Shown here one piece after another: positions 50,274 through 62,519 of a stretch of DNA of 64,000 nt. The notes beneath the pieces are model-generated. The model did no database searches and had not been told where the DNA came from. It was given only the letters and a program-made list of their open reading frames with translations. Each line of letters starts with the position of its first letter. Position 1 is the first letter of the stretch. Location: contig OZ253442.1 of the NCBI GenBank assembly GCA_965261085.1, positions 3,872,001 through 3,936,000 on the forward strand, given 5' to 3'. The DNA is from a bacterium. GTDB taxonomy: Bacteria > UBA8248. A program made the translations under genes and the position numbers.

Positions 50274-50653
50274 CAGAAACTTACCCCCGTATCTCTCACG
50301 CTATCGGCCAGCGCCTTCACGCGGCCATGGTAGAGATAGCCGTTGCGATCAAAAACCACTTTTCCCACACCCTTGGCCTTCACGCGAACGGCCAGCAGTT
50401 TGCCGACGATGACGGCGCCCGCCACGTTGCTCCCGCCCGCGTTTTCAGCGTCCTTCGCCTCGGATGCGAAATCCTTTTCACGAGAGGTAGCCGCAGCCAG
50501 CGTTTCGCCCGAAACGTCATCTATCGCTTGGGCGTAGATGTGCGCACCGCTCCTGAAAACCGTCAAACGCGGACGCTCGCTCGTTCCGCGACTCTTCTTC
50601 CGGATTCTCGTCTTTCGCTTGAGTCTCGCCTCAAGCTTGCTCAGTCGACCCAC
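50273..50653 (-). CDS. rplR: 50S ribosomal protein L18
   Basis: [22 protein letters not shown]. Confidence 0.98.
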   Translation of the reverse strand: MGRLSKLEARLKRKTRIRKKSRGTSERPRLTVFRSGAHIYAQAIDDVSGETLAAATSREKDFASEAKDAENAGGSNVAGAVIVGKLLAVRVKAKGVGKVVFDRNGYLYHGRVKALADSVRDTGVSF

Positions 50654-50670
50654 TTCTCAAACCTCCCGCG

Positions 50671-51216
50671 CTACACGCCGGCCTTGCCGACCTTGCGGCG
50701 AACGGTCTCGTTCGCATAACGGATGCCTTTACCCTTATACGGCTCGGGGGGCTTCACCCTACGGATTTCAGCAGCCACCCAGCCCACCATCTGCTTGTCG
50801 ATGCCCTTCACCTTGATCGCCGTTCGAGTGCGGTCGCTCTGCACCTCGAAGGTGATGCCCTCGATCGGTTCGATGCTCACCGGATGTGAATATCCCACGT
50901 TCAGGACAACTCCCTTGTTCCTCTCCTCCACGCGGTATCCAAGGCCGATAATCTCGAGTTCCTTCTCGAACCCCTTCGTCACGCCTTCGACCATGTTGGC
51001 GATCAGCGAGCGCGTGAGGCCGTGCAGCGATTTATCCTGGCGGGATTCGCTGATTCGCGAAACAATGATGTTCTCCCCATCTATCTCCACCTTCGGCCTA
51101 TAGTGCAACTCGCGCTCAAGTTCACCCAGAGGCCCTTTGACGGAGATGTGGCGCCCATCGATCTTCACTTCTACGCCCGAGGGTATGGGAATCGGCATTT
51201 TTCCGATGCGTGACAT
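50671..51216 (-). CDS. rplF: 50S ribosomal protein L6
   Basis: MSRIGK, PEPYKGKGIRY. Confidence 0.98.
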   Translation of the reverse strand: MSRIGKMPIPIPSGVEVKIDGRHISVKGPLGELERELHYRPKVEIDGENIIVSRISESRQDKSLHGLTRSLIANMVEGVTKGFEKELEIIGLGYRVEERNKGVVLNVGYSHPVSIEPIEGITFEVQSDRTRTAIKVKGIDKQMVGWVAAEIRRVKPPEPYKGKGIRYANETVRRKVGKAGV

Positions 51217-51226
51217 TCAAACCACC

Positions 51227-51628
51227 TCACCAAATTTCACAAAGAACTTCACCGCCCACACCCAGGTTTCTCGCTTCCTCGTCCGTCACCACGCCTCGCG
51301 ATGTCGTCAGGATGGCGATTCCCATACCATTGAGCACCTTGGGAACCGACTCCTTGTTCACGTACACCCGAAGGCCGGGCTTGCTCACGCGCTTGAGGCC
51401 GATCAACACCATCTTGCCGTCCTGAGGCGGTTTGAGTTCCACCTTGATCCGCGTCTGCCCCGTCGGGCCCGGTTCGATGTCGTATCCTTTGATGTAGCCC
51501 TGGGATTTCAGGATTCCAACGACTCGCGCCTTCAAGTGGCTACCTGGAATCACAAGGCTTTCATGACCCGCTCGCACCGCATTGCGAATGCGCGTCAGAA
51601 GATCGGCAATGGGATCAGTCATGCTCAT
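51227..51628 (-). CDS. rpsH: 30S ribosomal protein S8
   Basis: MTDPIADLLTRIRN, SKPGLRVY. Confidence 0.98.
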   Translation of the reverse strand: MSMTDPIADLLTRIRNAVRAGHESLVIPGSHLKARVVGILKSQGYIKGYDIEPGPTGQTRIKVELKPPQDGKMVLIGLKRVSKPGLRVYVNKESVPKVLNGMGIAILTTSRGVVTDEEARNLGVGGEVLCEIW

Positions 51629-51644
51629 ATTCTTTGGTCTCCGT

Positions 51645-51830
51645 CTACCAACTCGACTTCGTGACTCCCGGAATATCGCCCTTGAGCGACAATTCACGGA
51701 AGCAGATTCGGCAAATCTTAAAACGCCTCAAGTAACCTCGCGGACGCCCGCAGCGTTGGCAGCGGTTGTACGCCCTAACACCGAACTTGGGCGTCTTCTT
51801 CTGTTTCGCAATCAAGCACTTTTTCGCCAC
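51645..51830 (-). CDS. rpsN: 30S ribosomal protein S14, type Z (61 aa)
   Basis: GTG start; RCQRCGRP...CRICFRE...KSSW. Confidence 0.97.
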   Translation of the reverse strand: MAKKCLIAKQKKTPKFGVRAYNRCQRCGRPRGYLRRFKICRICFRELSLKGDIPGVTKSSW

Positions 51831-51841
51831 AATATTTCCTC

Positions 51842-52393
51842 TTAAGTCACCCGGAAGGGAACGCCCAACTCGCGGAGCAGCGCCCTGCCCTCTTCGTCCG
51901 TGTTCGCCGACGTGTTCAGTACTACCCCGATGCCTCGGGATTTCTCCACCTTGTCGATATCGATCTCGGGAAAAATGACCTGCTCGCGAATCCCGAGGCT
52001 GTAGTTTCCGCGGCCATCGAAGGACTTTGAACTCAAGCCCCTGAAATCGCGCACGCGAGGGAGAGCCACGTTCACCAGGCGGTCCATGAAATCCCACATC
52101 CGCGCGCCACGAAGCGTCACCATTGCCCCGATGGGCATCCCTTCACGCAGCTTGAAATTCGCAATGGATTTCCTCGCACGAGTGATGACGGGCTTCTGAC
52201 CCGCGATGTTCGTCAACTCGGCGACGCCATTCTCAAGAGTCGCCGCATTTTGGACGGCCTCTCCGAGTCCCATATTCAACGTGACTTTCATAAGCCGTGG
52301 AATCTGCATGACGTTGGCGTATTCAAACTCCTTGCGGAGTTTTTCCATGATTTCGCCACGATAAAGCTGCAACATTCTAGACACATACGCCAT
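51842..52393 (-). CDS. rplE: 50S ribosomal protein L5
   Basis: [16 protein letters not shown]. Confidence 0.98.
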   Translation of the reverse strand: MAYVSRMLQLYRGEIMEKLRKEFEYANVMQIPRLMKVTLNMGLGEAVQNAATLENGVAELTNIAGQKPVITRARKSIANFKLREGMPIGAMVTLRGARMWDFMDRLVNVALPRVRDFRGLSSKSFDGRGNYSLGIREQVIFPEIDIDKVEKSRGIGVVLNTSANTDEEGRALLRELGVPFRVT

Positions 52394-52416
52394 TTCGATT
52401 AAAATCCTTCTCTCGC

Positions 52417-52767
52417 CTACACCGTATCGAGTAATTCGCCGCTTCGATGCGTCACGCGCACATGCGCGCCGTCTTCGAGCCGCTTTCTGCGAACCCGCGA
52501 GGGTTGGTTGGTCTTCGGGTCCACGGGCATGACGTTGGAAATATGAATCTTCCCTTCCCGCTCCAGGATGCCCCCTTGCTGATTCCCCTGGCTCGGCTTC
52601 GTATGACGCTTCACCATGTTCACCTTCTCGACGATCACGCGGTTTTCATCCTTGAACACCTGAAGCACTTTGCCGGTCTTGCCCTTCTCGCGGCCGGTGA
52701 TCACCTGAACGATGTCGCCCTTTTTTACATGCGTTTTCTTTGAATTCGAACCCATCTCGTTCCTCAC
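52417..52767 (-). CDS. rplX: 50S ribosomal protein L24
   Basis: [22 protein letters not shown]. Confidence 0.97.
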   Translation of the reverse strand: MRNEMGSNSKKTHVKKGDIVQVITGREKGKTGKVLQVFKDENRVIVEKVNMVKRHTKPSQGNQQGGILEREGKIHISNVMPVDPKTNQPSRVRRKRLEDGAHVRVTHRSGELLDTV

Positions 52768-53132
52768 AAAACCTCTGGGGCGAGCGAAACGATGCGCATG
52801 AACCGCTTGCGTCTCAACTCGCGAGCCACGGGCCCGAAAATGCGCGTCCCCAACGGTTCGCGCGCGTCATTGATCATGACGACGGCATTGTCGTCGAAGC
52901 GAATATAGGTGCCGTCTTCTCGTCCGGTCTCCTTGACGGTCCGAACGACGACGGCGCGCCTGACTTCCCCTTTTTTCACGGGACTATTCGGTACGGCTTC
53001 CTTGATCGCCACGACGATGATGTCGCCGATCCGAGCGTATCGGCGTCGCGTGCCACCCAAGACTTTAATGCACTGGGCTCGCTTCGCCCCCGAATTGTCT
53101 GCCACGCTGCACATCGTTTCGACCTGAATCAT
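52764..53132 (-). CDS. rplN: 50S ribosomal protein L14
   Basis: [23 protein letters not shown]. Confidence 0.98.
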   Translation of the reverse strand: MIQVETMCSVADNSGAKRAQCIKVLGGTRRRYARIGDIIVVAIKEAVPNSPVKKGEVRRAVVVRTVKETGREDGTYIRFDDNAVVMINDAREPLGTRIFGPVARELRRKRFMRIVSLAPEVL

Positions 53133-53144
53133 TTTTCAGTTTCC

Positions 53145-53405
53145 CTACTTCGAGCGTTCAATCACATCCAGAAGACGCCAGCGCTTCCCCCGGCTCAACG
53201 GTCTCGTTTCGATGATGCGCACCCTGTCTCCCGTATTGAGGGCGTTTTCCTCATCGTGGACCAGGTATTTCTTGCGCCTGCGCACGACGCGCTTGAAGGT
53301 CGTATGCTTGAAGAGACGCGTCACCTCTACGGTGACGGTCTTGTCCATCGCGTCGCTTACGACTTTTCCTTCCCGAACCTTCCGCCTGCCCTGAACCTGA
53401 CTCAT
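53145..53405 (-). CDS. rpsQ: 30S ribosomal protein S17
   Basis: GKVVSDAMDKT, ETRPLS. Confidence 0.98.
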   Translation of the reverse strand: MSQVQGRRKVREGKVVSDAMDKTVTVEVTRLFKHTTFKRVVRRRKKYLVHDEENALNTGDRVRIIETRPLSRGKRWRLLDVIERSK

Positions 53406-53627
53406 CTACGATCCCTCTCCTTCAGCGCCTGCGGTCCGCGCGCCTTCGCGTTCATGCTTTGAAGTCAAAACCCGCGCCAAATCTCGCTTCATAAGTCCGA
53501 TGCGCGCCGTGTTATCAAGTTGGGCCGTCGCCTTGCGGAAGCGCAGGTTGAACAACTCCTGACGTAATTCCTTCTCCTTGAACCCGAGCTCATCATCGCT
53601 CAGTTCGAGGACTTCGCTGTATTTCAC
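53406..53627 (-). CDS. rpmC: 50S ribosomal protein L29
   Basis: ELFNLRF, KRDLARVLT. Confidence 0.96.
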   Translation of the reverse strand: MKYSEVLELSDDELGFKEKELRQELFNLRFRKATAQLDNTARIGLMKRDLARVLTSKHEREGARTAGAEGEGS

Positions 53628-53640
53628 ACCATCATCCCCC

Positions 53641-54048
53641 TCAGGAAGAGGTCACAATCCTGGTTTTGCACGGCAGCTTCTGGGCGGCCAAGCGAAGCGC
53701 TTCGCGGGCGACGTCATCGGCGACGCCGTCCATCTCGTAGAGAATTCTGCCGGCGCGCACCGGCGCCACCCAGTACTCGGGCGAACCTTTGCCCTTGCCC
53801 ATGCGAACCTCGGCCGGTTTCTTGCACATGGGTTTATCGGGGAAAAGGCGAATCCAAATCCGCCCGCCACGCTTGACGTGGCGCGTCATGGCGATTCGGG
53901 CCGCCTCAATCTGGCGCGCCGTGATGTGCGTCGTCTCCAAAGTCTGAAGTCCGTAGGAGCCGAACGAAAGCGCCGAACCGCGCTGGGCCTTTCCGTTCAA
54001 ACGCCCCTTCTGCATCTTTCTGAACTTCGTTCTTTTCGGTTGCAGCAT
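53641..54048 (-). CDS. rplP: 50S ribosomal protein L16
   Basis: [18 protein letters not shown]. Confidence 0.98.
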   Translation of the reverse strand: MLQPKRTKFRKMQKGRLNGKAQRGSALSFGSYGLQTLETTHITARQIEAARIAMTRHVKRGGRIWIRLFPDKPMCKKPAEVRMGKGKGSPEYWVAPVRAGRILYEMDGVADDVAREALRLAAQKLPCKTRIVTSS

Positions 54049-54068
54049 ACCTCGCTCCTAAGCGCCTA

Positions 54069-54731
54069 TCACGAACCCAGCGTCTGAGAAGGCGTTCTTC
54101 TCGTTTGCCGGATCATCTCGCCCCTGAATATCCACACCTTCACGCCGATGATTCCGTATGTCGTCTTGCCTTCGGCGAATCCATAGTCGATGTCCGCGCG
54201 AAGGGTCTGAAGCGGCACACGCCCCTCCCTGTACCACTCGGTTCGCGCAATCTCCGCGCCTCCGAGTCTTCCGGAACACTGAATCTTCACACCCTTGGCG
54301 CCGAAACGAAGGGCCGAGGTCACCGCCTTTTTCATTGCGCGACGAAAGGCGATCCGACGCTCGAGCTGCATGGCGATGTTCTCCGCCACGAGTTGGGCGT
54401 CCATCTCGGCCTTGCGCACTTCCTTGATGTTCACGTTCACCTGGTTGCCGGTGAGCTCTTGCAGATCCGCCTTGAGCTTGTCCACCTCCGCGCCGCGCTT
54501 TCCGATGATGATACCCGGCCGAGCCGTCCAGATGTTGATACGCGCGCGCTGGCTGGCGCGTTCGATCTCCACTTTGCTCACGCCCGCATGCGAGAGACGC
54601 TCCTTCACGTATTTGCGGATGCGCAGATCGTCCAAAAGCAAGTCGCCGTAATTGTGCTTGGCGAACCAGGAAGAGTTCCAGCCTCTGGTGATGCCGACCC
54701 GAAAACCGATGGGGTGAACTTTTTGACCCAT
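54069..54731 (-). CDS. rpsC: 30S ribosomal protein S3
   Basis: [25 protein letters not shown]. Confidence 0.98.
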   Translation of the reverse strand: MGQKVHPIGFRVGITRGWNSSWFAKHNYGDLLLDDLRIRKYVKERLSHAGVSKVEIERASQRARINIWTARPGIIIGKRGAEVDKLKADLQELTGNQVNVNIKEVRKAEMDAQLVAENIAMQLERRIAFRRAMKKAVTSALRFGAKGVKIQCSGRLGGAEIARTEWYREGRVPLQTLRADIDYGFAEGKTTYGIIGVKVWIFRGEMIRQTRRTPSQTLGS

Positions 54732-54740
54732 TTTTATCCC

Positions 54741-55076
54741 CTAATTCGCTTCGCCGATATCCACGCGTATGTGACAACTTCTGTGCTTGACGGGGCCGAT
54801 GCGCCCCCGCGCCCGCGCGCGGAACCGCTTGAGTGTCGGCCCTTCGTCTACCCGAATGATCTTCACGATGAGGCCTTCGGGATCGTCGTGCTCACCCTTG
54901 TCGGTGGCGTTCGCAAGCGCGGAGAGAAGAACCTTCTCCACCACCTTGGCCGATGATCGCGTGGAAAGACGCAAAAGGTTGAGGGCGTCCGCCACCCGCT
55001 TGCCGCGAATCATATCCGCTATCTGGCGCGTCTTGCGCGGCTTGGCGCGGTAATACTTCAAAATCGCCTTGGACAT
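54741..55076 (-). CDS. rplV: 50S ribosomal protein L22
   Basis: VDEGPTLKRFRARARGR. Confidence 0.97.
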   Translation of the reverse strand: MSKAILKYYRAKPRKTRQIADMIRGKRVADALNLLRLSTRSSAKVVEKVLLSALANATDKGEHDDPEGLIVKIIRVDEGPTLKRFRARARGRIGPVKHRSCHIRVDIGEAN

Positions 55077-55113
55077 GTCATTCCCTTGCCTGTTTTGCCT
55101 TATCCACCAAAAC

Positions 55114-55398
55114 CTATTTCAGTGTGACCTGCCGCTTCGTCATTCCCGAGTGTGAGCGGAACGTACGAGTGGGAGAAAAATCTCCGAGTTTAAAGCCCAC
55201 CATGTTCTCCGTCACGTATACGGGTATGAATTTCTTGCCGTTGTGCACGGCGAACGTATGACCAACGAAATCCGGGATGATGGTGGAGCGCCTCGACCAG
55301 GTCCTGATCATCCTCTTCTCGCCGCTCTCGTCCATCGCCTCCACTTTCTTGCGAAGGTGAGCATCTATGAATGGACCCTTATGAAGAGAACGTGGCAT
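55114..55398 (-). CDS. rpsS: 30S ribosomal protein S19
   Basis: [14 protein letters not shown]. Confidence 0.98.
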   Translation of the reverse strand: MPRSLHKGPFIDAHLRKKVEAMDESGEKRMIRTWSRRSTIIPDFVGHTFAVHNGKKFIPVYVTENMVGFKLGDFSPTRTFRSHSGMTKRQVTLK

Positions 55399-55424
55399 CG
55401 CTATCCAATCTCCCTAAAATCCGG

Positions 55425-56255
55425 CTACCTGGATTTTCTTCGCCGCACGATAAATTTAGAAGAAGGCTTACCCTTCTTGCGCGTCTTGTACCCTTTCGTC
55501 GGCTTGCCCCACGGGGTCACCGGGTGCCTGCCGCCCGAACTCTTACCCTCACCACCGCCCAGGGGATGATCCACCGGGTTCATGGCCACGCCGCGGACGT
55601 TCGGTCGACGGCCCAGCCAGCGCTTGCGTCCCGCCTTGCCGAGGCTCACGTTGCTGTGGTCGGAATTTCCAACCTCGCCTATCGTGGCGTAACAAGACAG
55701 ATGAATCATGCGGACCTCACCGGAGGAGAGCCGGAACTGCGCATAGTCGCCCTCTTTCGCCATGAGCTGGGCGCTCACGCCCGCACTCCGGGCGATTTGT
55801 CCGCCGCGCCCGGGCTTCATCTCGATGTTGTGGCACGTGGTGCCCAGCGGAATTCGCTCCACGGGCAGCGCGTTGCCGGTGCGAATCTCCGCGTCCGGTC
55901 CGGAACTGATGGTCGCACCCACTTCCAAACCATCGGGCGCGATGATGTAGCGTTTCTCCCCGTCGAGATAGACGATGAGCGCCAATCGCGCGGAGCGGTT
56001 CGGGTCATATTCGATCGAACGCACTTTTCCGGGCACGCCAGTTTTTTCTCGCCGAAAATCCACCACCCGGTAACGGCGCTTGTGACCTCCGCCCCTCTGG
56101 TATGTGGTGATGCGACCCCGGTTGTTTCTTCCACCGGATTTCGACATCCCTTTCGTCAGGGACTTCTCTGGCCGATCCGTCGTGATCTCCTCTCGCAGGA
56201 GAACATCCTGGAATCTCCGCCCTGGGGAAGTCGGCTTGTATTTTTTCACCGGCAT
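55425..56255 (-). CDS. rplB: 50S ribosomal protein L2
   Basis: [26 protein letters not shown]. Confidence 0.98.
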   Translation of the reverse strand: MPVKKYKPTSPGRRFQDVLLREEITTDRPEKSLTKGMSKSGGRNNRGRITTYQRGGGHKRRYRVVDFRREKTGVPGKVRSIEYDPNRSARLALIVYLDGEKRYIIAPDGLEVGATISSGPDAEIRTGNALPVERIPLGTTCHNIEMKPGRGGQIARSAGVSAQLMAKEGDYAQFRLSSGEVRMIHLSCYATIGEVGNSDHSNVSLGKAGRKRWLGRRPNVRGVAMNPVDHPLGGGEGKSSGGRHPVTPWGKPTKGYKTRKKGKPSSKFIVRRRKSR

Positions 56256-56272
56256 AGCGTGCGCCTCAAAAA

Positions 56273-56560
56273 CTAAGTAGATTCAAAAAATTCGATCGTG
56301 TCGCCTTCGCTCAACGTCACAATCGCTTTTTTCCATCCTGGCTTGGTGCCCTTAAAACGGCCCATGCGGACGCTCTTTCCGGGCACCCGCATCGTGTTCA
56401 CGTTCAGCACCGTGACGCCGAACAACTCCTGCACCGCCTTTTTTATCTCTATCTTGTTGGCTCCGACGGCAACCTCGAAGACGACCTTGTTCGCCTCCTC
56501 GGTGCTCGCGATGCTCTTCTCCGTCACGCAGGGTCTACGGATGATAAATGTGTTCTCCAT
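56273..56560 (-). CDS. rplW: 50S ribosomal protein L23
   Basis: [13 protein letters not shown]. Confidence 0.97.
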   Translation of the reverse strand: MENTFIIRRPCVTEKSIASTEEANKVVFEVAVGANKIEIKKAVQELFGVTVLNVNTMRVPGKSVRMGRFKGTKPGWKKAIVTLSEGDTIEFFEST

Positions 56561-56563
56561 GCC

Positions 56564-57202
56564 CTAGCCCGCCAATCTTTCCGAGATGCCGCCGAGCGCG
56601 TCCTTGGTGCAAACCAGGTGTTCGTGGCCCATGATGTCATATACGTTGAGACCTTCGGGCCTCACCGGCTTCGCGCCCTTGATGTTTCTCGTCGCCAAAT
56701 CAAAATTCCGCTCACCCCCATCATCCACGATTAACGCCTTGCGCCCCAGATTCAGGTTCTCGATGACTTCCGCCATGAGGCGCGTCTTCGGCTCGGGTAA
56801 ATTGAGGTCGCGCACGATGAGCAGTTTCCCCTCTTTCCACTTCAAATTAAGAGCACTCCTCAACGCACCGCTTTTCATCTTCTTGTTCATCTTCTGGCTG
56901 TAATCGCGCGGTTTGGGGCCGAAGGTGATTCCACCGTGCCGCCATATGGGGGATTTGACATCGCCCGCCCGCGCGCGTCCCCCGCCCTTTTGCTTGAAGG
57001 GCTTCGCGCCCGTGCCGTGCACTTCCTTGCGCGTCAGCGTCGAATGCGTGCCCGCGCGCCGCGCCGCGAGTTGCGCCTTCACCATCTGGTGAATCAGGTG
57101 CATCTTAACCTGCCCGTCAAAAACAGACTCGGGCAAATCCATCTGCTCCACCACCTGTCCTTCGAGGTCATACACATCAATCTGAGGCATCTCGTTCCTC
57201 AA
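56564..57202 (-). CDS. rplD: 50S ribosomal protein L4
   Basis: KPFKQKGGGRARAG, FGPKPRDY. Confidence 0.97.
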   Translation of the reverse strand: MRNEMPQIDVYDLEGQVVEQMDLPESVFDGQVKMHLIHQMVKAQLAARRAGTHSTLTRKEVHGTGAKPFKQKGGGRARAGDVKSPIWRHGGITFGPKPRDYSQKMNKKMKSGALRSALNLKWKEGKLLIVRDLNLPEPKTRLMAEVIENLNLGRKALIVDDGGERNFDLATRNIKGAKPVRPEGLNVYDIMGHEHLVCTKDALGGISERLAG

Positions 57203-57915
57203 TTTCCTCGTGCGGCCCGCTTGGAGGCCTTCAGAGGATTCAGGCTCCTGGCCTGCTCTTTCGGTTTTTCCAGACCGCCCCTGTTGCCCTTGACGCTTTT
57301 GCGCAGAACCAGAAATCCATTGTTCGCTCCGGGCACGGCGCCTCTGAGCAGAAGCAGATTATCCTCGGGGATGATATCCACCACCAAAAGCCTCTGTGTG
57401 GTGACCTTTTCGCTCCCCATGTGACCTGGCATTTTCTTGCCCTTGATGATTTTCGAGGGATACGCCGAAGCTCCCAGCGAACCCGGCAGGCGATCGAACA
57501 TGCCACCGTGGGATGCCGGCCCGCCAGCGAATCCATGACGCTTCATCACGCCGGCGAAGCCACGGCCCTTGCTCGTGCCCGTCACATCCAGGCGATCGCC
57601 GCGATCGAAAATCGTCACGTCGAGGAGGCTTCCAGCTTCGAGTTCGGCGTCCCCATCCTCCAGCGGCACTTCCCTGAGGTAGCGAAAAGGCTGTGTACCC
57701 GCTTTTTGAAAATGCCCCAAGGCCGCTTTCGAGAGACCCTTTTCCTTTCGGGGCATATACCCGAGTTGAGCGGCCGCATAGCCGTCGTTCTCCTCGGTCT
57801 TCTTCTGCACGACGGTGCAAGGGCCCGCCTCGATCACCGTCACCGAAATCGCTCCGCCATCCGGCGAGAACACCTGGGTCATCCCGATTTTTCGGCCAAG
57901 TAAAAATTGCATCAC
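57199..57915 (-). CDS. rplC: 50S ribosomal protein L3
   Basis: GRKIGMTQ, SKGRGFAGVMKRH. Confidence 0.98.
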   Translation of the reverse strand: MMQFLLGRKIGMTQVFSPDGGAISVTVIEAGPCTVVQKKTEENDGYAAAQLGYMPRKEKGLSKAALGHFQKAGTQPFRYLREVPLEDGDAELEAGSLLDVTIFDRGDRLDVTGTSKGRGFAGVMKRHGFAGGPASHGGMFDRLPGSLGASAYPSKIIKGKKMPGHMGSEKVTTQRLLVVDIIPEDNLLLLRGAVPGANNGFLVLRKSVKGNRGGLEKPKEQARSLNPLKASKRAARGN

Positions 57916-57925
57916 ATCATCCCGT

Positions 57926-58234
57926 CTAGTTTAGCTTGATCTCGACGTCCACACCGGCGGCGAGTTCCAGCTTCATGAGCGCATCCACCGTCTGCTGCGT
58001 GGGCTCCATGATGTCCACGAGCCGTTTGTGCGTCCGGATCTCGAACTGCTCTCTCGATTTCTTGTCAATGTGCGGGCCGCGCAGCACCGTGTATTTGTTA
58101 ATGGAAGTGGGCAGCGGCACCGGCCCTACCAGCGAAGCGCCCGTCCGCTTCACAGTATCGACTATCTCGCCTACCGATTGGTCAAGGAGACGATGATCGT
58201 ATGCCTTCAGTCGAATCCGAATCTTCTGACTCAT
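57926..58234 (-). CDS. rpsJ: 30S ribosomal protein S10
   Basis: [18 protein letters not shown]. Confidence 0.98.
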   Translation of the reverse strand: MSQKIRIRLKAYDHRLLDQSVGEIVDTVKRTGASLVGPVPLPTSINKYTVLRGPHIDKKSREQFEIRTHKRLVDIMEPTQQTVDALMKLELAAGVDVEIKLN

Positions 58235-58259
58235 TTTTTCCCGCTATCCTTCCATCGCT

Positions 58260-59438
58260 CTACTCGACGACCTCTGTGACGACACCGGCCCCCACCGTGC
58301 GGCCGCCCTCGCGTATCGCAAATCGCAACTCGCGCTCCATCGCTATCGGCGTGATCAACTCCACATCCAGCGCAACGTTGTCCCCGGGCATCACCATCTC
58401 ACGTCCCTCCGGCAGCGTCACCAAACCCGTCACGTCCGTCGTACGAAAATAAAACTGCGGCCGGTACCCGTTGAAAAACGGCGTGTGCCGACCACCCTCT
58501 TCTTTCGTCAGTATGTACACCTCGCCCTTGAACTTCATGTGCGGCAGTATCGAGGCCGGCTGCGCCAGTACCTGCCCGCGCTCTATCTCGTCTTTTTTCA
58601 CACCCCGAAGCAAGACCCCCACGTTGTCACCCGCCTGGCCCTGGTCCAGAAGTTTCCGGAACATCTCAACCCCCGTCGCCACCGTCTTGCGAGTGTCCGT
58701 GATGCCCACTATCTCCACCTCGTCCCCCACGTTCACGATCCCCCGCTCCACCCGGCCCGTCGCCACCGTGCCACGGCCCGAAATCGAGAACACGTCCTCC
58801 ACAGGCATCAGGAACGGCTTGTCCACGTCCCGTAGCGGCTCGGGGATATAACTGTCCACCGCATCCATCAGAGCGTCTATCGAGGATGAGTCCGTCCCCT
58901 CCAAGGCCCGCAGCGCGGAACCCGGAACCACCGGTAGGTCGTCGCCCGGGAACTCATAGGTCGAGAGAAGCTCGCGCACTTCCAGTTCCACCAACTCCAA
59001 AAGCTCCTCATCGTCCACCATGTCCACCTTGTTCAGAAAAACACAGATGTAGGGAACTCCCACCTGACGAGCCAGCAAGATGTGCTCGCGCGTCTGCGGC
59101 ATCGGCCCGTCCGCCGCCGATACCACCAGTATCGCCCCGTCCATCTGGGCAGCGCCCGTTATCATGTTCTTCACGTAGTCCGCATGGCCCGGACAGTCCA
59201 CGTGCGCGTAGTGGCGCTTCTCCGTCTCGTACTCCACGTGCGCCGTCGCTATCGTGATGCCACGCTCGCGCTCCTCCGGCGCCTTGTCGATCTCGTCGAA
59301 CCCGATCTCCTCCGCCATCCCCTTCTGCGCCAGATGCTTCGTGATCGCCGCCGTCAACGTCGTCTTCCCATGGTCCACGTGTCCTATCGTCCCTACGTTC
59401 ACGTGCGGCTTCGTGCGTACAAACTTCGCCTTCGCCAT
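58260..59438 (-). CDS. tuf: Elongation factor Tu
   Basis: [20 protein letters not shown]. Confidence 0.99.
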   Translation of the reverse strand: MAKAKFVRTKPHVNVGTIGHVDHGKTTLTAAITKHLAQKGMAEEIGFDEIDKAPEERERGITIATAHVEYETEKRHYAHVDCPGHADYVKNMITGAAQMDGAILVVSAADGPMPQTREHILLARQVGVPYICVFLNKVDMVDDEELLELVELEVRELLSTYEFPGDDLPVVPGSALRALEGTDSSSIDALMDAVDSYIPEPLRDVDKPFLMPVEDVFSISGRGTVATGRVERGIVNVGDEVEIVGITDTRKTVATGVEMFRKLLDQGQAGDNVGVLLRGVKKDEIERGQVLAQPASILPHMKFKGEVYILTKEEGGRHTPFFNGYRPQFYFRTTDVTGLVTLPEGREMVMPGDNVALDVELITPIAMERELRFAIREGGRTVGAGVVTEVVE

Positions 59439-59509
59439 GGCTTACCTTCTCCTTCTGATGAAAATTTCAAAGAGGGCGGCTCACGCCCGCCCTCTACAGA
59501 AATACCAGT

Positions 59510-61615
59510 CTATGCCGTTTCGACTGCCGTGCCTGCGTTTTTCGTCATCAATTCCTCGGCAAGCTGCCGCGGCATCTCTTCATAGCGACCAAACTGCATC
59601 GTATAAGTCGCTCTACCTTGAGTCATCGATCGTACGTCGGTCGCGTAACCAAACATTTCTGAGAGCGGAACGGAGGCGTTCACCACCTTGGCGCCCGCCC
59701 TGTCTTCCATCTCGCGAATCCGGCCGCGCCGGGAAGTGAGGTCTCCCATGACGTCCCCGAGAAAATCCGCAGGACATACCACTTCCATATCCATGATGGG
59801 CTCGAGGAGAATGGGTTTCGCCTTCTTCACGGCCTCCCTGAAGGCCATGGAACCGGCGATTTTGAAAGCTATTTCCGAACTATCGACCTGATGGAACGAA
59901 CCACCGAAAAGCGTGACTTCGATGTCGAGCAACGGATATCCGGCCAAAACACCGTTTCCCATCGCTTCCCTGACGCCATTCTCGACCGCTGGTATGTATT
60001 CTCTTGGAATCACGCCGCCCACAATCTTGTTGACGAACTGAAAGCCGCCGCCGGGAGTGAGCGGTCTGATGGTGATCTCCACGTCCCCGAACTGCCCCCG
60101 TCCTCCGGATTGGCGCACGAAACGACCGCGCGCGGTGGCTTCGGCCCGAATCGTTTCCCGATAGGCGACCTGGGGTTTACCCACACTGGCTTCCAGCGCG
60201 AATTCCCGAAAAAGCCTGTCCACCAGAATCTCGAGGTGCAACTCACCCATACCGGAGAGGATGGTCTGCGCCGTTTCCTCGTCCGAACGCACACGGAAGG
60301 TCGGGTCTTCGGCCGAAAGCCTCGCCAGGGCGTTGCCGAGCTTATCCTGGTCGGATTTCGTCTTCGGCTCGATGGCGATGGAAATGACGGGTTCGGGGAA
60401 ACTGATGGTTTCAAGAAGGATGGGGTGAGCAGGATCGCAGAGGGAATGACCTGTCTTAGCCTGCTTGATGCCCAAGGCGGCGACGATGTCGCCCGCATGG
60501 GCCTCCTGTATCTCCTCGCGCTTATTCGCGTGCATTCGCATGAGGCGTCCTACGCGCTCCTGCTTGCCGGTAATCGTGTTCGACACGAAGGTACCGGATT
60601 TCAGCACGCCGGAATATATGCGGATAAATACCAGTTGGCCCACATAAGGATCCGTCATCACCTTGAAGGCCAGCGCGCAAAGCGGGTCCTTGTCCGAGGG
60701 CGCCCTTTCCTCCGGTTTTCTGCCCAATTCCAAATCTTCATCTGACAAGACGGCCTGAACCGGAGGGATATCGAGGGGAGAGGGGAGATAGTCGACGATG
60801 GCGTCGAGCAGAAGCTGAACGCCTTTGTTCCTAAACGCCGACCCGCATACGACAGGAACAAATTCGCCCGAAACCGTGCCCTTGCGAACCGCGGCCCGAA
60901 TTTCATCGGGAGAAATCTCATCGCCTTCCAAGTATTTCTCCATCAACGAATCATCGAACATCGAGAGCGTGTCGAAGAGCTTTTCTCTCAAATCATCCGC
61001 TTCGTCCCTCAAATCCTCGGGCACTTCCGCCTCTGAGTAGGATGCGCCCATCGGGTCGTCGAACACCCGCGCCTCCATGGTCACGAGATCCACCATGCCG
61101 GTAAAGTGCTCCTCCGCCCCAATCGGGACCTGCAGCACGAGCGGGTTCGCGGCGAGACGCTCCCGCACCTCCTCCACAACCCTCTGGAAATCAGCGCCCG
61201 TTCTATCCATCTTGTTGACGAACACGATGCGGGGCACGCCGTATTTCTCCGCCTGACGCCACACCGTTTCGCTTTGCGGCTCCACGCCGCCCACGGCGCA
61301 AAACACCGCCACCGCGCCGTCGAGAACGCGCAGGCTTCTCTCCACCTCGGCCGTGAAATCCACGTGGCCGGGCGTGTCGATGATATTGACGACGTGATCG
61401 TTCCAGGCGCAGCGCGTCGCCGCAGACGTGATGGTGATGCCGCGCTCTTGTTCTTGCGCCATCCAATCCATGGTGGCCGCGCCGTCATGCACTTCACCCA
61501 TTTTATGGGTTCTTCCCGTGTAGAACAGGATGCGCTCGGTCGTCGTCGTCTTGCCGGCATCAATGTGCGCCATAATGCCGATGTTTCTGGTTTTTCTGAG
61601 CGCTTCGCTGGACAC
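59510..61615 (-). CDS. fusA: Elongation factor G
   Basis: [25 protein letters not shown]; probable GTG start at 61615. Confidence 0.98.
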   Translation of the reverse strand: MSSEALRKTRNIGIMAHIDAGKTTTTERILFYTGRTHKMGEVHDGAATMDWMAQEQERGITITSAATRCAWNDHVVNIIDTPGHVDFTAEVERSLRVLDGAVAVFCAVGGVEPQSETVWRQAEKYGVPRIVFVNKMDRTGADFQRVVEEVRERLAANPLVLQVPIGAEEHFTGMVDLVTMEARVFDDPMGASYSEAEVPEDLRDEADDLREKLFDTLSMFDDSLMEKYLEGDEISPDEIRAAVRKGTVSGEFVPVVCGSAFRNKGVQLLLDAIVDYLPSPLDIPPVQAVLSDEDLELGRKPEERAPSDKDPLCALAFKVMTDPYVGQLVFIRIYSGVLKSGTFVSNTITGKQERVGRLMRMHANKREEIQEAHAGDIVAALGIKQAKTGHSLCDPAHPILLETISFPEPVISIAIEPKTKSDQDKLGNALARLSAEDPTFRVRSDEETAQTILSGMGELHLEILVDRLFREFALEASVGKPQVAYRETIRAEATARGRFVRQSGGRGQFGDVEITIRPLTPGGGFQFVNKIVGGVIPREYIPAVENGVREAMGNGVLAGYPLLDIEVTLFGGSFHQVDSSEIAFKIAGSMAFREAVKKAKPILLEPIMDMEVVCPADFLGDVMGDLTSRRGRIREMEDRAGAKVVNASVPLSEMFGYATDVRSMTQGRATYTMQFGRYEEMPRQLAEELMTKNAGTAVETA

Positions 61616-61634
61616 GTTCAATCCTTCCCTCGGC

Positions 61635-62102
61635 CTACCAACGATAGTGGGCAAAGGCTTTGTTCGCCTCTGCCATACGGTGCGTGTTTTCTCTAAGGCG
61701 AACGGCGCCGCCCGTATCGTTCGCGGCGTCCATGATCTCGGCCGCCAGGCCGTTCGCTATTTTCCTGTCCCGACTCCGGGCGTTCTGGATGATCCAGCGG
61801 ATGCTGAGCGCTGTACGCCTGTCGGGCCGTACTTCGACGGGCACCTGATAGGTGGCGCCTCCCACACGTCTGGAACGAACCTCGAGAGCGGGTTTCACGT
61901 TGTCCATGGCGCGCTTGAACACCTTGATGGGGTCTTCCTTCATCTTCTCTTCCACCACGTCCATCGCCCCATAGAACACGCGTTCCGCCAGACTCTTCTT
62001 CCCCTTGAGCATCAAGGAGTTGATGAACTTGGTCACCAGCCGGTCGTTAAACTTCGGATCCGGCAAAACGGCTCTTTTCGTGGCTCTTTTTCTTCTCGCC
62101 AT
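61635..62102 (-). CDS. rpsG: 30S ribosomal protein S7
   Basis: [20 protein letters not shown]. Confidence 0.98.
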   Translation of the reverse strand: MARRKRATKRAVLPDPKFNDRLVTKFINSLMLKGKKSLAERVFYGAMDVVEEKMKEDPIKVFKRAMDNVKPALEVRSRRVGGATYQVPVEVRPDRRTALSIRWIIQNARSRDRKIANGLAAEIMDAANDTGGAVRLRENTHRMAEANKAFAHYRW

Positions 62103-62144
62103 GGAAAATGAATCTCCCTACTGAATCTCAAACGAGAATACTGC

Positions 62145-62519
62145 CTACCTCGGCTTTTTCGCCCCATATTTAGAGCGCCCATTGCGGCGCGCTTCCACAC
62201 CCACGCTGTCGAGTGTCCCCCGGACGACATGATAGCGAATACCGGGCAAGTCCTTTACGCGTCCACCGCGAATTAAGACGATGGAGTGTTCCTGAAGGTT
62301 GTGGCCCTCGCCCGGGATGTAGGTGGTCACCTCCATCCCGTTGGTGAGGCGCACGCGCGCAACCTTTCGGAGCGCCGAGTTCGGCTTTTTGGGCGTCGTC
62401 GTGTACACACGCACGCAAACACCACGCTTCTGGGGACAATTGCGCAACGCCGGACTGTCGGTTTTCGTCTGAATCCGCTTGCGTCCCTTGCGTATTAATT
62501 GGCTAATCGTCGGCACCAT
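62145..62519 (-). CDS. rpsL: 30S ribosomal protein S12
   Basis: [20 protein letters not shown]. Confidence 0.98.
   Translation of the reverse strand: MVPTISQLIRKGRKRIQTKTDSPALRNCPQKRGVCVRVYTTTPKKPNSALRKVARVRLTNGMEVTTYIPGEGHNLQEHSIVLIRGGRVKDLPGIRYHVVRGTLDSVGVEARRNGRSKYGAKKPR

Noticed and set aside
59471-59495. Hairpin between fusA and tuf (and a similar one at about 800-823) as a novel RNA
   Set aside because: Short intra-operon stems of this kind are common stabilisers or partial terminators
62145-62519. Streptomycin-resistance substitutions in S12
   Set aside because: The PKKPNSA and RVKDLPG motifs are wild type
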